Of a DNA stretch of 55,934 bases, positions 9,899 to 19,945 are shown piece after piece. The notes beneath the pieces were generated by a model. That model was given only the letters and a program-made list of their open reading frames with translations. It did not search any database and was not told the origin of the DNA. A program made the translations under genes and the position numbers. How positions within the stretch are numbered: position 1 is the first letter of the stretch; every line of letters starts with the position of its first letter. Origin of the DNA: Oscillospiraceae bacterium (lineage in GTDB: Bacteria; Bacillota; Clostridia; Oscillospirales; CAG-272); assembly GCA_015063495.1 (NCBI GenBank), contig SVUB01000001.1:1-55934 (forward strand), read 5' to 3'.

Positions 9899-10107
9899 TA
9901 GTTTTGAGCAAATTTGTTTAAAAATTTTTTCAGTTTTTTTCTCAAAATTACCAAAATTTAAGGGGAAAGACTAATTTCCCTCCCCAAACTTTTACTAATT
10001 TTTGCTTCTTTTCCAATATTTTCTATATCTAACAATATCATACATTGTAATAAGCTGTCGAAGATTTCCTGTCATTATCTATCATAATTCTCCCTTTTCC
10101 GACTCTG

Positions 10108-10794
10108 CTATTCCCCAAATGCTGCTCTTAATTTTTCGAGCGCGCTTTTCTCTATCCTGCTCACGTATGAACGGGATATCCCGAGAAGAGCTGCAACCTC
10201 TCTTTGAGTAAGAGGCTCACCTCCCGAAAGACCGAATCGCAAAACAATTATCTTCTTTTCCCTTCCGTGAAGAAGATTTTCCACGTAGCGCAGAGCCTGC
10301 GCAGATCGCAGTTTTCTGTCTACCTCTTCACTTATGCTCTCCTCACTGCTTATAACGTCTATGTAGGTAAGTGGATTTCCCTCTCGGTCAAAATCAATGG
10401 TATCGTTTATTGATACCTCGCCGGCAAGCTTTTTTTGTGAGCGAAAATACATCAGTATCTCATTTTGTATGCACTTTGCGCCGTAGGTTGCGAATCGTGC
10501 TCCGTTTGTCGGGTTAAAGGAATCCACAGCCTTAACAAGACCAATAGTTCCTACCGATACAAGATCCTCACTGCACTTGCTTGAGGCGTAATATTTACGC
10601 ACGATGTGAGCAACGAGACGGAGATTATGGAGTATCAGCTTTTCTCTTGCATTCTCGTCGCCGCAATTTTTCATTTTTCTGAAATAATCCTGCTCTTCAT
10701 CCTCTGAAAGCGGGGGCGGAAAATTCTGCGGAGTTGATATTCCGAGAATCATACACGCCGCCTTAAAGGTTGCAGATAATAAAAAAGTCAGCAA
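10108..10794 (-). CDS. sigK: sporulation sigma factor, pro-sigma-K-like (SigK/SigE family)
   Basis: Sigma-70 regions 2 and 4 are present. HNLRLVAHIVRKY and GISRSYVSRIEK match B. subtilis SigK more closely than SigE. A hydrophobic ~25-aa N-terminal pro-sequence precedes FPPPLSEDEE. TTG start with RBS GAGGTG. The gene is uninterrupted, with no skin-like insert. Confidence 0.65.
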   Translation of the reverse strand: MLTFLLSATFKAACMILGISTPQNFPPPLSEDEEQDYFRKMKNCGDENAREKLILHNLRLVAHIVRKYYASSKCSEDLVSVGTIGLVKAVDSFNPTNGARFATYGAKCIQNEILMYFRSQKKLAGEVSINDTIDFDREGNPLTYIDVISSEESISEEVDRKLRSAQALRYVENLLHGREKKIIVLRFGLSGGEPLTQREVAALLGISRSYVSRIEKSALEKLRAAFGE

Positions 10795-10851
10795 AATATC
10801 ACCTCATTTCAAATAAATCTTATGCAAGCGGATAAAAACTTTGCTTGTACA

Positions 10852-10880
10852 TTGACATTTAACAAAAAAAGTGATATCAT
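10852..10880 (+). promoter_or_regulatory. sigma-A-type promoter of the phosphofructokinase gene
   Basis: TTGACA (10852-10857), 17 nt, TATCAT (10875-10880). Confidence 0.5.
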
Positions 10881-10925
10881 TAATGGTACTTAAAATGCCG
10901 TAATTTTGGCAGAAAGGTAAGAATT

Positions 10926-12164
10926 ATGGAAAAACTTATTGGAAATGCAGTAGTAGGTCAGTCCGGAGGCCCTACAGCCGCTATCAACGCAACACTTTCG
11001 GGTATTATCCGCGGAGCAATGGAGCTTCGAGACAACGGAACGGTAGAAAAGCTCTACGGAATGAAAAACGGCATTGAGGGACTTCTCGGGGAAAATCTTG
11101 TTGACCTTTTTGAAGTATTTGCAAACAAAGAAGACCTCAAAACTCTCGAGCACACACCTGCGGCGGCACTCGGTTCTTGCAGGAAGAAGCTCCCCGCTCC
11201 CACAGCTGATGACGAAACCTTTGCAAAGATAATTGACATATTCAAGAAATATAATATCAGATACTTCTTTTATATCGGCGGTAACGATTCTATGGATACC
11301 GTTGACAAGCTCTCAACATATACCGATCTATGCGGATATGAGATGAGAGTTATAGGCGTTCCAAAGACTATAGACAACGACCTTCCGATAACCGACCACA
11401 CCCCCGGCTTTGGCTCTGCGGCAAAGTATATCGCAACTATGACGCAGGAGATAATCCGTGACTGTGCAGTATACCAAGTGAAAGCCGTTACCATTATTGA
11501 GATAATGGGAAGGGATGCAGGATGGCTTACAGCATCTGCCGCACTCTGCAGAAGAGCAGGCGTTGAGCCTGACCTTATCTATCTGCCCGAAACAGTATTT
11601 AATATGGATAGTTTCCTTAATGACGTCCGTGCGGCTCTTGAAAAACACCCGAACGTGGTAGTTGCCATCTCCGAGGGAATACATTTTGAAAACGGCGATT
11701 ACGTTGGCTCCGCAAATCAGAGCGGTGCTACCGACGTTTTCGGGCACAAATACCTCTCCGGAAGCGGTAAAACTCTTGAGTATGCAGTTAAAGACGCTAT
11801 CGGCTGTAAGGTCCGCTCTATCGAGCTTAACCTCTGCCAGCGCTGTGCTTCTCACCTTGCCTCGGAAACAGACCTTAGCGAGTCTGTACTCGTTGGTAAG
11901 ACCGCTGCTCTTGCAGCCGCAGAGGGAGCGAGCAGAGTTATGATGACTATCGACCGTGTTTCGGACACTCCTTATAAGGTAGAGATCGGCAACGTGAGCG
12001 TAAGCGAGGTCGCAAACAAGGTCAAGCTCGTACCCAGAGAGTTTATAAATGAAAAAGAAAACGGCGTGACCGACGCCTGCGTAGATTATCTGCTTCCCCT
12101 TATCAAAGGTGAACCCGATATCCGCTTCGAGGACGGTCTCCCCGTTCACTTCATTATTAAGTAA
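10926..12164 (+). CDS. pfp: phosphofructokinase, PPi-dependent type (diphosphate--fructose-6-phosphate 1-phosphotransferase)
   Basis: PFK-family motifs GQSGGPTAAINA, GGNDS and PKTIDND. Asp at the E. coli Gly104 position and Lys at the Gly124 position are the known PPi-PFK signature. Confidence 0.8.
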   Translation: MEKLIGNAVVGQSGGPTAAINATLSGIIRGAMELRDNGTVEKLYGMKNGIEGLLGENLVDLFEVFANKEDLKTLEHTPAAALGSCRKKLPAPTADDETFAKIIDIFKKYNIRYFFYIGGNDSMDTVDKLSTYTDLCGYEMRVIGVPKTIDNDLPITDHTPGFGSAAKYIATMTQEIIRDCAVYQVKAVTIIEIMGRDAGWLTASAALCRRAGVEPDLIYLPETVFNMDSFLNDVRAALEKHPNVVVAISEGIHFENGDYVGSANQSGATDVFGHKYLSGSGKTLEYAVKDAIGCKVRSIELNLCQRCASHLASETDLSESVLVGKTAALAAAEGASRVMMTIDRVSDTPYKVEIGNVSVSEVANKVKLVPREFINEKENGVTDACVDYLLPLIKGEPDIRFEDGLPVHFIIK

Positions 12165-12172
12165 ATAAAAAA

Positions 12173-12205
12173 CACCTCACGGAAATTCCGTGAGGTGGCT
12201 CTTTT
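12173..12205. terminator. bidirectional intrinsic terminator between pfp and the convergent small gene
   Basis: CACCTCACGG-aaatt-CCGTGAGGTG, flanked by A-rich sequence upstream and T-rich sequence downstream. Confidence 0.75.
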
Positions 12206-12213
12206 TTATTCAA

Positions 12214-12579
12214 TTATTCTGCTTTTTCGGTATTAAGCATATGGTCAAGCCAATCGGTTTCAGCTTCTACACCGTAATAATCATTCACTGCGTGTTTGAT
12301 CTCATAGGAAAACCTTGTTAGATCAAGACGCCCATAAACAAAGTGTATATTCGGGTCATCTTCTACCTTTTTGATTATTTCCCTTATTTCTTCTCCACCG
12401 TTATCTTCCTCGTATTCCCAAATATTTTCTATCCCTCTCGAACGTATAAATTCAACACACTCCTCGGGACTCATTTGGGATAGAATAGGCTTTTCGGCTT
12501 TATAGAAAATGATGATTACCGCCATTACAAGAACAAGGGCAAGAACAGAACAGCAAACAATTGTAATACTCTTTTTCAT
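12214..12579 (-). CDS. hypothetical small membrane-anchored protein
   Basis: 121-aa ORF with an N-terminal TM/signal anchor (MKKSITIVCCSVLALVLVMAVIIIFY). No family recognised. Confidence 0.45.
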   Translation of the reverse strand: MKKSITIVCCSVLALVLVMAVIIIFYKAEKPILSQMSPEECVEFIRSRGIENIWEYEEDNGGEEIREIIKKVEDDPNIHFVYGRLDLTRFSYEIKHAVNDYYGVEAETDWLDHMLNTEKAE

Positions 12580-12608
12580 AATGAAGCCTCCTATCTAAAA
12601 TTCTATTT

Positions 12609-13466
12609 TTAATGTTTCTTCGCACTTACTTTTGCGGCTGTTAGGGTGTTTTTGAGGAGCATTGTGATGGTCATAGGCCCTACACCGCCGGGAACGGGGG
12701 TTATGTAGGAAGCCTTGGGTTCAACCTCGGCAAAGTTGACGTCACCGACAAGCTTTCCGTCATCACCACGGTTTATTCCAACGTCAATGACGACAGCGCC
12801 TTCCTTCACCATATCTGCGCCAAAGAAATTAGGCTTTCCGATAGCGGCAACGAGAATGTCGGCACGGCGGCAAACGTCCGCAAGATCCTTCGTTCTCGAA
12901 TGACAAATAGTAACCGTTGCGTCAGCGGCAAGCATGAGCATTGCCTGCGGCTTGCCCACGATATTGCTTCTGCCTACGATAACGCACTCCTTGCCTCTTA
13001 TCTCCACACCGCTGCGTCGGATCAGCTCCATAACGCCTGCGGGCGTGCAGGGGGCAAGGTCGTAATTGCCCGTCATTATCTTGCCGACGTTAAACGGGTG
13101 GAATGCGTCAACGTCCTTTGCGGGGTTTATTTTTAACAGCACAGATTCCTCATTTATATGCTTCGGGAGAGGAAGCTGAACGAGTATTCCGTGTATTTTC
13201 TTATCGTTATTGAGGCGATCGATTACGGAAAGAAGCTCCTCCTCACTCGTCTCCTCGGGCATCTCTATGACCTCGGAGTAAAAGCCAACGTCCTCGCAAG
13301 CCTTTTTCTTATTTCTTACGTATACCTTTGATGCAGGGTTTTCGCCAACGATTATAACGGCAAGTCCGGGCAGAAATCCGTTCTCCGCCTCAAAAGACTT
13401 TACTTCCTCGCATATCTCCTTGCGAATCTCTGCGGATATCGCTTTTCCGTCAATTATCTTAGCCAT
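12609..13466 (-). CDS. folD: bifunctional methylenetetrahydrofolate dehydrogenase/methenyl-THF cyclohydrolase FolD
   Basis: MAKIIDGKAISAEIR, PASxVYVRNKKKAC, GILVQLPLP and PVPGGVGPMTI are hallmark FolD motifs. Confidence 0.95.
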   Translation of the reverse strand: MAKIIDGKAISAEIRKEICEEVKSFEAENGFLPGLAVIIVGENPASKVYVRNKKKACEDVGFYSEVIEMPEETSEEELLSVIDRLNNDKKIHGILVQLPLPKHINEESVLLKINPAKDVDAFHPFNVGKIMTGNYDLAPCTPAGVMELIRRSGVEIRGKECVIVGRSNIVGKPQAMLMLAADATVTICHSRTKDLADVCRRADILVAAIGKPNFFGADMVKEGAVVIDVGINRGDDGKLVGDVNFAEVEPKASYITPVPGGVGPMTITMLLKNTLTAAKVSAKKH

Positions 13467-14313
13467 TTTTCGTCTCCTTCTTATTTTTAATAAGCATAAA
13501 TATTATAACAGCACCGCCCACAAGAGCGCAAAGCAGACCTATGAGCTGTGATATCTTTATCGGCCCAACGTAAAGGCTGTCAGAACGAAGTCCCTCTATA
13601 AACATTCTTCCGAGACCGTACCATGCGATATACATAAAGAACACCTGACCGTCGAAGCGCTTCTTTTTATAAAGAAGATTTATTATAATGAATCCTATCA
13701 GATTCCAGAGAGATTCATAAAAGAAGGTAGGGTGCGCAAGCACTGTCTGATAACCGCTTGCATAAGAATTTACCTCCATTATCCACGGCAGATCTGCGGC
13801 ATTCGGAGTAGCAAAGGTCTTGCCGAAGAACTCAAACTGCGTTATATCTCCAAAGGCCTCGCCGTTGCAGAAGTTTCCCCATCTGCCCACTATCTGTCCG
13901 AGCATAACTCCGGGCGCAATCATATCAAAAGCACGCATAAAGTTGTGCTTTTTTATCTTGCACACAATAAATATAGCAAGTGCACCGCCGATTATCGCTC
14001 CGTAGATTCCGATACCGCCGTTCCATATCTGAAGTGCTTCCCAAACGCTGTCAAAGCTATCAAGGCTTGTCAAGACGTAGTAGAGGCGAGCTCCTACGAT
14101 TCCGGATACCACCGTGTAGATAAAGAGGTCAAGGATATCGTCTGTCGTAAATCCCTCTCTTTTTGAGCGGTATAATGTATAAAGGAGTGCAAGGATTATA
14201 CCGGTCACTATTATAAGTCCATACCAGCGCACCTTGAGTCCGAAAAGCTCTACTGCAACCGGATTTATAGCAAACATATCTATCCCAAGCCCGGGAAAAG
14301 CTATTTTCGTCAT
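13459..14313 (-). CDS. lgt: prolipoprotein diacylglyceryl transferase Lgt
   Basis: Polytopic membrane protein with VRWYGLII, GRWGNFxNGEAFG and HPTFxYESLWN motifs. It overlaps the folD start by 8 nt. Confidence 0.9.
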   Translation of the reverse strand: MTKIAFPGLGIDMFAINPVAVELFGLKVRWYGLIIVTGIILALLYTLYRSKREGFTTDDILDLFIYTVVSGIVGARLYYVLTSLDSFDSVWEALQIWNGGIGIYGAIIGGALAIFIVCKIKKHNFMRAFDMIAPGVMLGQIVGRWGNFCNGEAFGDITQFEFFGKTFATPNAADLPWIMEVNSYASGYQTVLAHPTFFYESLWNLIGFIIINLLYKKKRFDGQVFFMYIAWYGLGRMFIEGLRSDSLYVGPIKISQLIGLLCALVGGAVIIFMLIKNKKETKNG

Positions 14314-14327
14314 ATATTACCTCCGTT

Positions 14328-15629
14328 TTATTGTTCATCAAGCGGGAATACCGCCGAAAGAGTAAAGCAATTTTCCGCAAATGAGGAACGGAATATCTCC
14401 ATGACCTCACAAAGTGTTATAGACAGTATCATATCAGCGTATCCGAAGTAATCATAACCGTCAAAAACAAATTCCATAAGGTCGTTTGCAATATCCTCCG
14501 CTGAATCGAGTCCACGCACAAAGGATGAGTAAAACACCTTTCTGCATCTTTCGAATTCTTCCTCGGTAAAGCCCTCTTCCCTCTTTTTGAGGAAATATTC
14601 CTTTATAATAGCGTACACCTTATCGGGATCATCCGATTCTCCCGAAATCTCGCAAAATCCAAACGTTTCGGAAACAGTATAAGCACAGCTGAGCCCCGGG
14701 GAGATAAGTCCCATTTCGTAAAGCTTGCCGTAAAGCTCGCCCGTCTGCGAGAAAAGAAGATCTGTGACGATCGACATTGCAATCTCTCTCTTCATTCGCT
14801 CGTGTGATGATGTCGGAACCTCGGTATCCTTGATCCCTATATCAAATACAGGCTTTGCAAGCTGCATTTTCTGCACGGTTCTTTCCCTTACGGCAAAGGG
14901 TGGCTCAACCACCTTGCCTCTTACTATGCCGAGAGGCTCATTACCTGATAGTGGCCTATCTGCAACCGAGAGCACATCTTCTGCCGTCACGTTTCCGCAA
15001 ACGACAAGTACCATATTGGAAAGATTGTAAAACACCTCATGGCATCTGTAAAGAAGCTCGGGGGTAATCTGCGAAATGCTCTCTACCGTACCGCAGATAT
15101 TCGTTTTTATATCGTGCTTTTCGTAAAGTCCTCGGAGCATACCGTAATAACAGCGTGTAGGCGGTGCATCGTCATACATTCCTATCTCTTCTGCAATTAT
15201 GCCCTGCTCTTTTTTTACCGACTCATCAGTGAAAAAAGGGTGCGTTACAAAATCTATAAGCTCCGAAAGGCACTCTTTGAAATTCGAGGTGCAGCTGAAG
15301 AGAAATACCGTTTTATCATAAGAAGTATAGGCATTGGCATCAGCCCCAAGCTCGGAAAAACGCTCAAAAGCATCGCTTCCGTCCTCACGAGTAAACATTT
15401 TATGCTCAAGAAAATGTGCTATGCCGGAAGGAACGCTCGTAACGGAATTTTCACCTTGGAGCATAAAATCATTATCTATCGACCCGTAATGAGTAGCAAA
15501 AAGTGCATATGATGTAGTAGTGTTTTTTGGAAAAACGTAAATATCAAGACCACTCTTATGGTGTATCAGCTCGTATTTTTCGTGGAGAAGATCGCTCTTT
15601 ATTTCTACGCTGCAATTATTATTCATCAT
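14328..15629 (-). CDS. M16-family zinc peptidase (pitrilysin-like), active subunit
   Basis: The inverted zinc motif HxxEH is present (HFLEHKMF). Start taken at the ATGATG at 15629/15626 with RBS GGAGAGGGGG. This start overlaps the stop of the upstream M16 gene (ATGATGAATAA). Confidence 0.85.
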   Translation of the reverse strand: MMNNNCSVEIKSDLLHEKYELIHHKSGLDIYVFPKNTTTSYALFATHYGSIDNDFMLQGENSVTSVPSGIAHFLEHKMFTREDGSDAFERFSELGADANAYTSYDKTVFLFSCTSNFKECLSELIDFVTHPFFTDESVKKEQGIIAEEIGMYDDAPPTRCYYGMLRGLYEKHDIKTNICGTVESISQITPELLYRCHEVFYNLSNMVLVVCGNVTAEDVLSVADRPLSGNEPLGIVRGKVVEPPFAVRERTVQKMQLAKPVFDIGIKDTEVPTSSHERMKREIAMSIVTDLLFSQTGELYGKLYEMGLISPGLSCAYTVSETFGFCEISGESDDPDKVYAIIKEYFLKKREEGFTEEEFERCRKVFYSSFVRGLDSAEDIANDLMEFVFDGYDYFGYADMILSITLCEVMEIFRSSFAENCFTLSAVFPLDEQ

Positions 15630-16929
15630 AGTCCGCCCCCTCTCCATCATCCTCGCCCGAAAGAGTTCCTCTGACAAAAGCGCAGGTATCGATACCGAAT
15701 CGGTTTGCCACACGCACGACGTCTTCTCTTGTCACCTCTCGAAGCTTTTCTATAGCTTCGTCAACCGAAACGTCTATACCCGCAAGCTGTCTCGTTCTGT
15801 AAAAGCTTTCAAGTCCGTATGCGGAGTCGCTCACCTGCCTGTAATAATTCTCAATAGACTTTTTAGAACATTCAAGCTCGTAGTCAGAAACGTTCCCTTT
15901 CTTTATCTCCTCGAATTGAGAAAGGACCTCTCCGATAACCTTATCCTTATTTTCATTACTGATTCCCGAACGCACAAAAAGTGCACCCTTAACAAAATTC
16001 AGGCTTGATGAGCAGGAATAACAAAGGCTCATCTTCTCTCTCACGTTACGAAACAGCTTTGATGAGGGAGAACCGCCGAAAATGTCGTTGAAAACAATAG
16101 ATGCGTAAACATCGTCATCGGTAGTACCTATGTCCGATCGGAATCCTATGGTCAGTTTACCCTGAAGCACTCGCATATCCTCTTCTATGCTCCTCATAGT
16201 CGGAGATGCACTCTTAACTATTGTATCATTCAGCCTTGTAAGAGAACCTCCAAAACTCGAAAAATGCCTTGAAATGAGCTTGCCTACATTTTCTGCATCT
16301 CTTCTTCCGACGTAAATATATACGGGCAATGAGGAATAAAGATACTCGCTGTGAAAATCGGTAAGCTCTCTTGCACTAACAGCCATAACGTCCTCTACCG
16401 TTCCCGAAGAACGAAGGCCGTAAGGCTCCCCCTTAAACATCATTCCCCTGCAAAGCTGAAATGAATGTATCCGTGGATCGTTATCAGAAGCTCTTATGCT
16501 ATCGCAAAGATTGCGTTTTTCACGCTCAACCGTATTCTCAAAAAAGATTCCTTCAGCAGTAAAAAGGGGAGAAAAAAGCATCTCACTCAAAGTTTCAAGC
16601 GTTCCATCAAGAAGGTCCTCACCGCTTTTTACATATGCAGAATCGAGACACTCACAAACGAAGCCTGCGGAGATATTTTCACCCGTCGGCGTCACCATAG
16701 TGGCAATATTCGCATCGTAAAGGTCGTCAAGATGACGGCTGAGTGACGCTATATCGGGATATTTTCTGCATCCACGCTTAAGCGTGCTGAAAAGGAGATT
16801 GCAAAGTCTCGATGTTCTCTGCTCAAGTGGCAAAGGCATCGTTACGGTCAGCATCTCCGTCTTAAATTTATCCGTCTCTATTGCGATAAGCATAGATCCG
16901 CCGTCAAGCACTATCTTCCTTGGCTTCAT
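15619..16929 (-). CDS. M16-family peptidase-like protein, non-catalytic partner (no HxxEH)
   Basis: Length and architecture match the M16 family and it pairs with the downstream active subunit. No HxxEH motif was seen. Start taken at ATG 16929 (RBS GAGGA). The track start at 16947 is a TTG. Confidence 0.75.
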   Translation of the reverse strand: MKPRKIVLDGGSMLIAIETDKFKTEMLTVTMPLPLEQRTSRLCNLLFSTLKRGCRKYPDIASLSRHLDDLYDANIATMVTPTGENISAGFVCECLDSAYVKSGEDLLDGTLETLSEMLFSPLFTAEGIFFENTVEREKRNLCDSIRASDNDPRIHSFQLCRGMMFKGEPYGLRSSGTVEDVMAVSARELTDFHSEYLYSSLPVYIYVGRRDAENVGKLISRHFSSFGGSLTRLNDTIVKSASPTMRSIEEDMRVLQGKLTIGFRSDIGTTDDDVYASIVFNDIFGGSPSSKLFRNVREKMSLCYSCSSSLNFVKGALFVRSGISNENKDKVIGEVLSQFEEIKKGNVSDYELECSKKSIENYYRQVSDSAYGLESFYRTRQLAGIDVSVDEAIEKLREVTREDVVRVANRFGIDTCAFVRGTLSGEDDGEGADYDE

Positions 16930-16930
16930 T

Positions 16931-17431
16931 TTAGTCCTCGGTATCAAAAATAATCTTTACTGCATCTGTATGAAGAAGCTTCGCAGCTCCATCTCTGTCC
17001 CCTGCCTCGATAAGCTCACGCACTCGGGTGGAGCTGACGTCAGCCAGCCTTTTGTCACACGGCAAAAGGAGTGTTTCAATATCAGGAGCAAGCTCCCTGT
17101 TACAGAGTGCCATTTTCATCTCATACTTAAAATCATTCTCGTCTCTAACGCCCTTTATTATAGCCTCACAGCCGAGCCTTTTCGCAAGGTCAACAAGAAG
17201 CCCGCTATCCGAAACGACGCTCACGTTAGGAATATCCGCACAGCTCATCTCTGCCATTCTCACCCTTGTATCAAGGTCAAAAAAATAGCTTTTTTCGGGA
17301 TTTATGAGCAGAGCAAGATAAACTCTATCGTAAAGTATCGCCGCACGACGCACAACGTCAAGGTGTCCGAGTGTTATTGGGTCAAAGCTACCCGGAACTA
17401 TCGCCGAGCGCAGTTTTTTCTCACTCGTCAT
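16931..17431 (-). CDS. coaD: phosphopantetheine adenylyltransferase CoaD
   Basis: The motif PGSFDPITLGHLDVV (the T/HxGH nucleotidyltransferase motif) and ISSTRVRE. Start at ATG 17431 (RBS GAGGAG). Confidence 0.95.
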   Translation of the reverse strand: MTSEKKLRSAIVPGSFDPITLGHLDVVRRAAILYDRVYLALLINPEKSYFFDLDTRVRMAEMSCADIPNVSVVSDSGLLVDLAKRLGCEAIIKGVRDENDFKYEMKMALCNRELAPDIETLLLPCDKRLADVSSTRVRELIEAGDRDGAAKLLHTDAVKIIFDTED

Positions 17432-18020
17432 TGCTTTGCTCCTCATTCTTTTTTGGAGTTATTATATTTATATAAGCTATGCCGTGTTTTACGCTTCGCA
17501 TTACCTCAAAACGAGCCTCAAGCTCGCTGTTACCACCAAAAACGTCATCATTTGATGCGCTCTCGCAAACAATAATAGATGTGCGCTTTATAAGTCTGCC
17601 AGAGAGAAGAAGCTCAAGAGCTTTAGGGATAAGCTTTTCTGAATAAGGCGGGTCAAGAAAGACTATATCGAACTTTGCCGATTCGTTTCTCTTTCTTCCC
17701 TCTCCGCGAAGGAACTCAAGAGAATCCGCACAGATAGCACTCGCTCCCTCAAGCTTTGTTTTTATTATATTCTGCTTTATCACGGACACCGCCGCCTTTG
17801 CGTGGTCTACCATAACGGCACTTTCCGCTCCTCTTGAGAGAGCTTCAAGCCCCATCTGACCCGAGCCTGCAAAAAGATCAAGCACCCTACGCCCCTCAAG
17901 CTCAAACTGTATCATCGAAAATATTGCCTCTTTGGCTCTCTCAGAGGTCGGACGGGTATTCTCCCCCTCAAGCGTAGTGAGCTTTATACCCTTCGCCTTT
18001 CCCGTTATAATTCTCATCAT
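17421..18020 (-). CDS. rsmD: 16S rRNA (guanine966-N2)-methyltransferase RsmD
   Basis: MRIITGKAKG, PTSERAKEAIF, DLFAGSGxxGLEALSRGA and DPPY motifs. Confidence 0.9.
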   Translation of the reverse strand: MMRIITGKAKGIKLTTLEGENTRPTSERAKEAIFSMIQFELEGRRVLDLFAGSGQMGLEALSRGAESAVMVDHAKAAVSVIKQNIIKTKLEGASAICADSLEFLRGEGRKRNESAKFDIVFLDPPYSEKLIPKALELLLSGRLIKRTSIIVCESASNDDVFGGNSELEARFEVMRSVKHGIAYINIITPKKNEEQSNDE

Positions 18021-18038
18021 TATAGTACTCCTCCGGTG

Positions 18039-19874
18039 TTATTTTTCGTCACCGTGAAAATATTTGTAAATGTTATCTGCATCCCGTGCACTTATGCCTG
18101 ATACGGAAGCGAGCTCGTCCCTTGAAGCCGTTCTAACTCTCGAAAGGCCTCCAAAATAGGTAAGAAGCGCCTTTGCCTTGGCCTTGCCTATACCGTTTAT
18201 CTTTTCAAGAGAGGAGGTCGTCAAAGTCTTTCTCTTAGCCGTATCCATTCTTGATACGCTATACCTGTGAACCTCTTCCTGTATCTTATAAACAAGAGAA
18301 AAAACGGACTGTTCCCTCGCTATGCTTATCTCCCTCTCGTCATCGCAAAGTGCACGTGTCTTGTGAAAATCGTCCTTTACCATACCGAAAACGGGAATAT
18401 CTATCCCCATCTCACGCATAAGCGCTCTCACGGTCGAGACGTGGCCCTTGCCGCCGTCAAGAAGTATAAGGTCGGGAGCCTCGGAAAAGGACCCGCTCTC
18501 ATCTGCGAGGTGAGACAGTCTGCGGCTGAGCGCTTCTCTCATGCTTGCATAGTCGTCAACGCCATCAACAGTCTTGATTGTAAAGCTTCGGTAATCAGAA
18601 CGACGGAATTTACCATCCTTGCAAACGACCATTCCGCAGGTCTTATTCTCACTTCCTATATTCGATATGTCGTAAGCCTCTATGCGTTCGGGAAGCACCT
18701 CGAGTCGGAGCATAGAAGCGAGAAGAACAAGCACACCTTCGTCCTTTTCCGCATTCAGCCTATAAAGCTTTGCCTTGTCTCTTGCGTTAGCGTATACCAT
18801 GCGGCAAAGCGTTCTCATATCTCCCTTTTCAGGGGTGCGTATTATAGCTTTTCTGCCCGCCATATCAGAAAGATACTCCGTGAGCATCTCCGAGTCCTCG
18901 TCCTCTATTTCAAAATCGAGAAGGATCTCATGCGGAACATACTCTCTTTTAAGATAGTAGTCACCGATAAATGAAGGCATCGTGGTTGCGTCTGCTATCT
19001 GATCCGCACCGAAATAAAACTCCTCTTTATCCGTAACTGCTCCCTCTCTGATATTGAAAACAGATACGCATGAACAGGTATCATCGGTGTAAAGTGCAAA
19101 AACGTCCTTATCGGCGTCAGGCGCCGCCACGACCTTCTGCTTTTCACTGAGACTGCGAAGTGCTGCGAGTGCATCTCTGCATCTTGCCGCCACCTCGTAT
19201 TTTTCTTCCTCTGCATATCGCATCATCTGCTCCTCAAGCTCACGCCTTGCCGCAGACGTATTGCCTCGGAGTATATTAAGAGCGCATTTTATCGTCTCGC
19301 CATATTCCTCGGGAGATACCTTACCCGTGCAAACGCCAAGGCACTGCCCCATCTGGTAATAAAGGCAAGGACGCTCCTTTCCGATATCTCTCGGGAAAAC
19401 TCTTTTACAGGACGGGATCCCAAGTGTTTTTTGGAGCAGGTTTATAACAGAAAAAACGGTTCCCGTTCCCGAATAGGGTCCAAAATACCTTGCACCCTTA
19501 TCTGCGGTTCGCTTTCTTGTGTAAACTATCTGCGGATACTCACCTGCCGTCACCTTGATATAGGGATAGCTCTTTGAGTCCTTCAGTCTGATGTTATACT
19601 TGGGACTATACTGCTTTATCATACGGTTTTCGAGTGTAAGCGCCTCGATCTCCGTATCACAAAGAAAATAATCGAAATCATGAACGAGCGACACCATCTT
19701 CATAGTTTTAAGATTCTTTTCACTATTCTGAAAATATTGAGCCACTCTGTTTTTAAGCTTTCGGGATTTGCCAACGTAAATGACCTTGCCCGCCTTGTCC
19801 TTCATTATATAAACTCCGGGAGAAAGCGGAAGCGTATTTGCTTTACCTAAAAGTCTTTGCATGCGTGTTTCCAT
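18039..19874 (-). CDS. uvrC: excinuclease ABC subunit C UvrC
   Basis: GIY-YIG N-terminus (GVYIMKDKAGKVIYVGKS...LKNRV), a UvrBC domain and a C-terminal HhH (INGIGKAKAKALL). 611 aa. Confidence 0.95.
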   Translation of the reverse strand: METRMQRLLGKANTLPLSPGVYIMKDKAGKVIYVGKSRKLKNRVAQYFQNSEKNLKTMKMVSLVHDFDYFLCDTEIEALTLENRMIKQYSPKYNIRLKDSKSYPYIKVTAGEYPQIVYTRKRTADKGARYFGPYSGTGTVFSVINLLQKTLGIPSCKRVFPRDIGKERPCLYYQMGQCLGVCTGKVSPEEYGETIKCALNILRGNTSAARRELEEQMMRYAEEEKYEVAARCRDALAALRSLSEKQKVVAAPDADKDVFALYTDDTCSCVSVFNIREGAVTDKEEFYFGADQIADATTMPSFIGDYYLKREYVPHEILLDFEIEDEDSEMLTEYLSDMAGRKAIIRTPEKGDMRTLCRMVYANARDKAKLYRLNAEKDEGVLVLLASMLRLEVLPERIEAYDISNIGSENKTCGMVVCKDGKFRRSDYRSFTIKTVDGVDDYASMREALSRRLSHLADESGSFSEAPDLILLDGGKGHVSTVRALMREMGIDIPVFGMVKDDFHKTRALCDDEREISIAREQSVFSLVYKIQEEVHRYSVSRMDTAKRKTLTTSSLEKINGIGKAKAKALLTYFGGLSRVRTASRDELASVSGISARDADNIYKYFHGDEK

Positions 19875-19901
19875 ATTTTCCTCCCTCTGATATAATTAAA
19901 G

Positions 19902-19932
19902 AAAAAGGTGGTCATGCAGAAGCATCACCACC
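19902..19932 (-). terminator. intrinsic terminator of ptsH
   Basis: Minus strand: GGTGGTGATGC-uucu-GCATGACCACC followed by TTTTTCTTT, located between the ptsH stop and the uvrC RBS. Confidence 0.7.
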
Positions 19933-19945
19933 ACTTGTCTTAGGA

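Noticed and set aside
11328-12149. 273-aa minus-strand ORF inside the phosphofructokinase gene
   Set aside because: It is antisense to a gene with clear PFK motifs and has no RBS or motifs of its own.
16784-17575. 263-aa + strand ORF crossing the M16, coaD and rsmD genes
   Set aside because: It spans three well-supported minus-strand genes and their junctions. Its translation is featureless.
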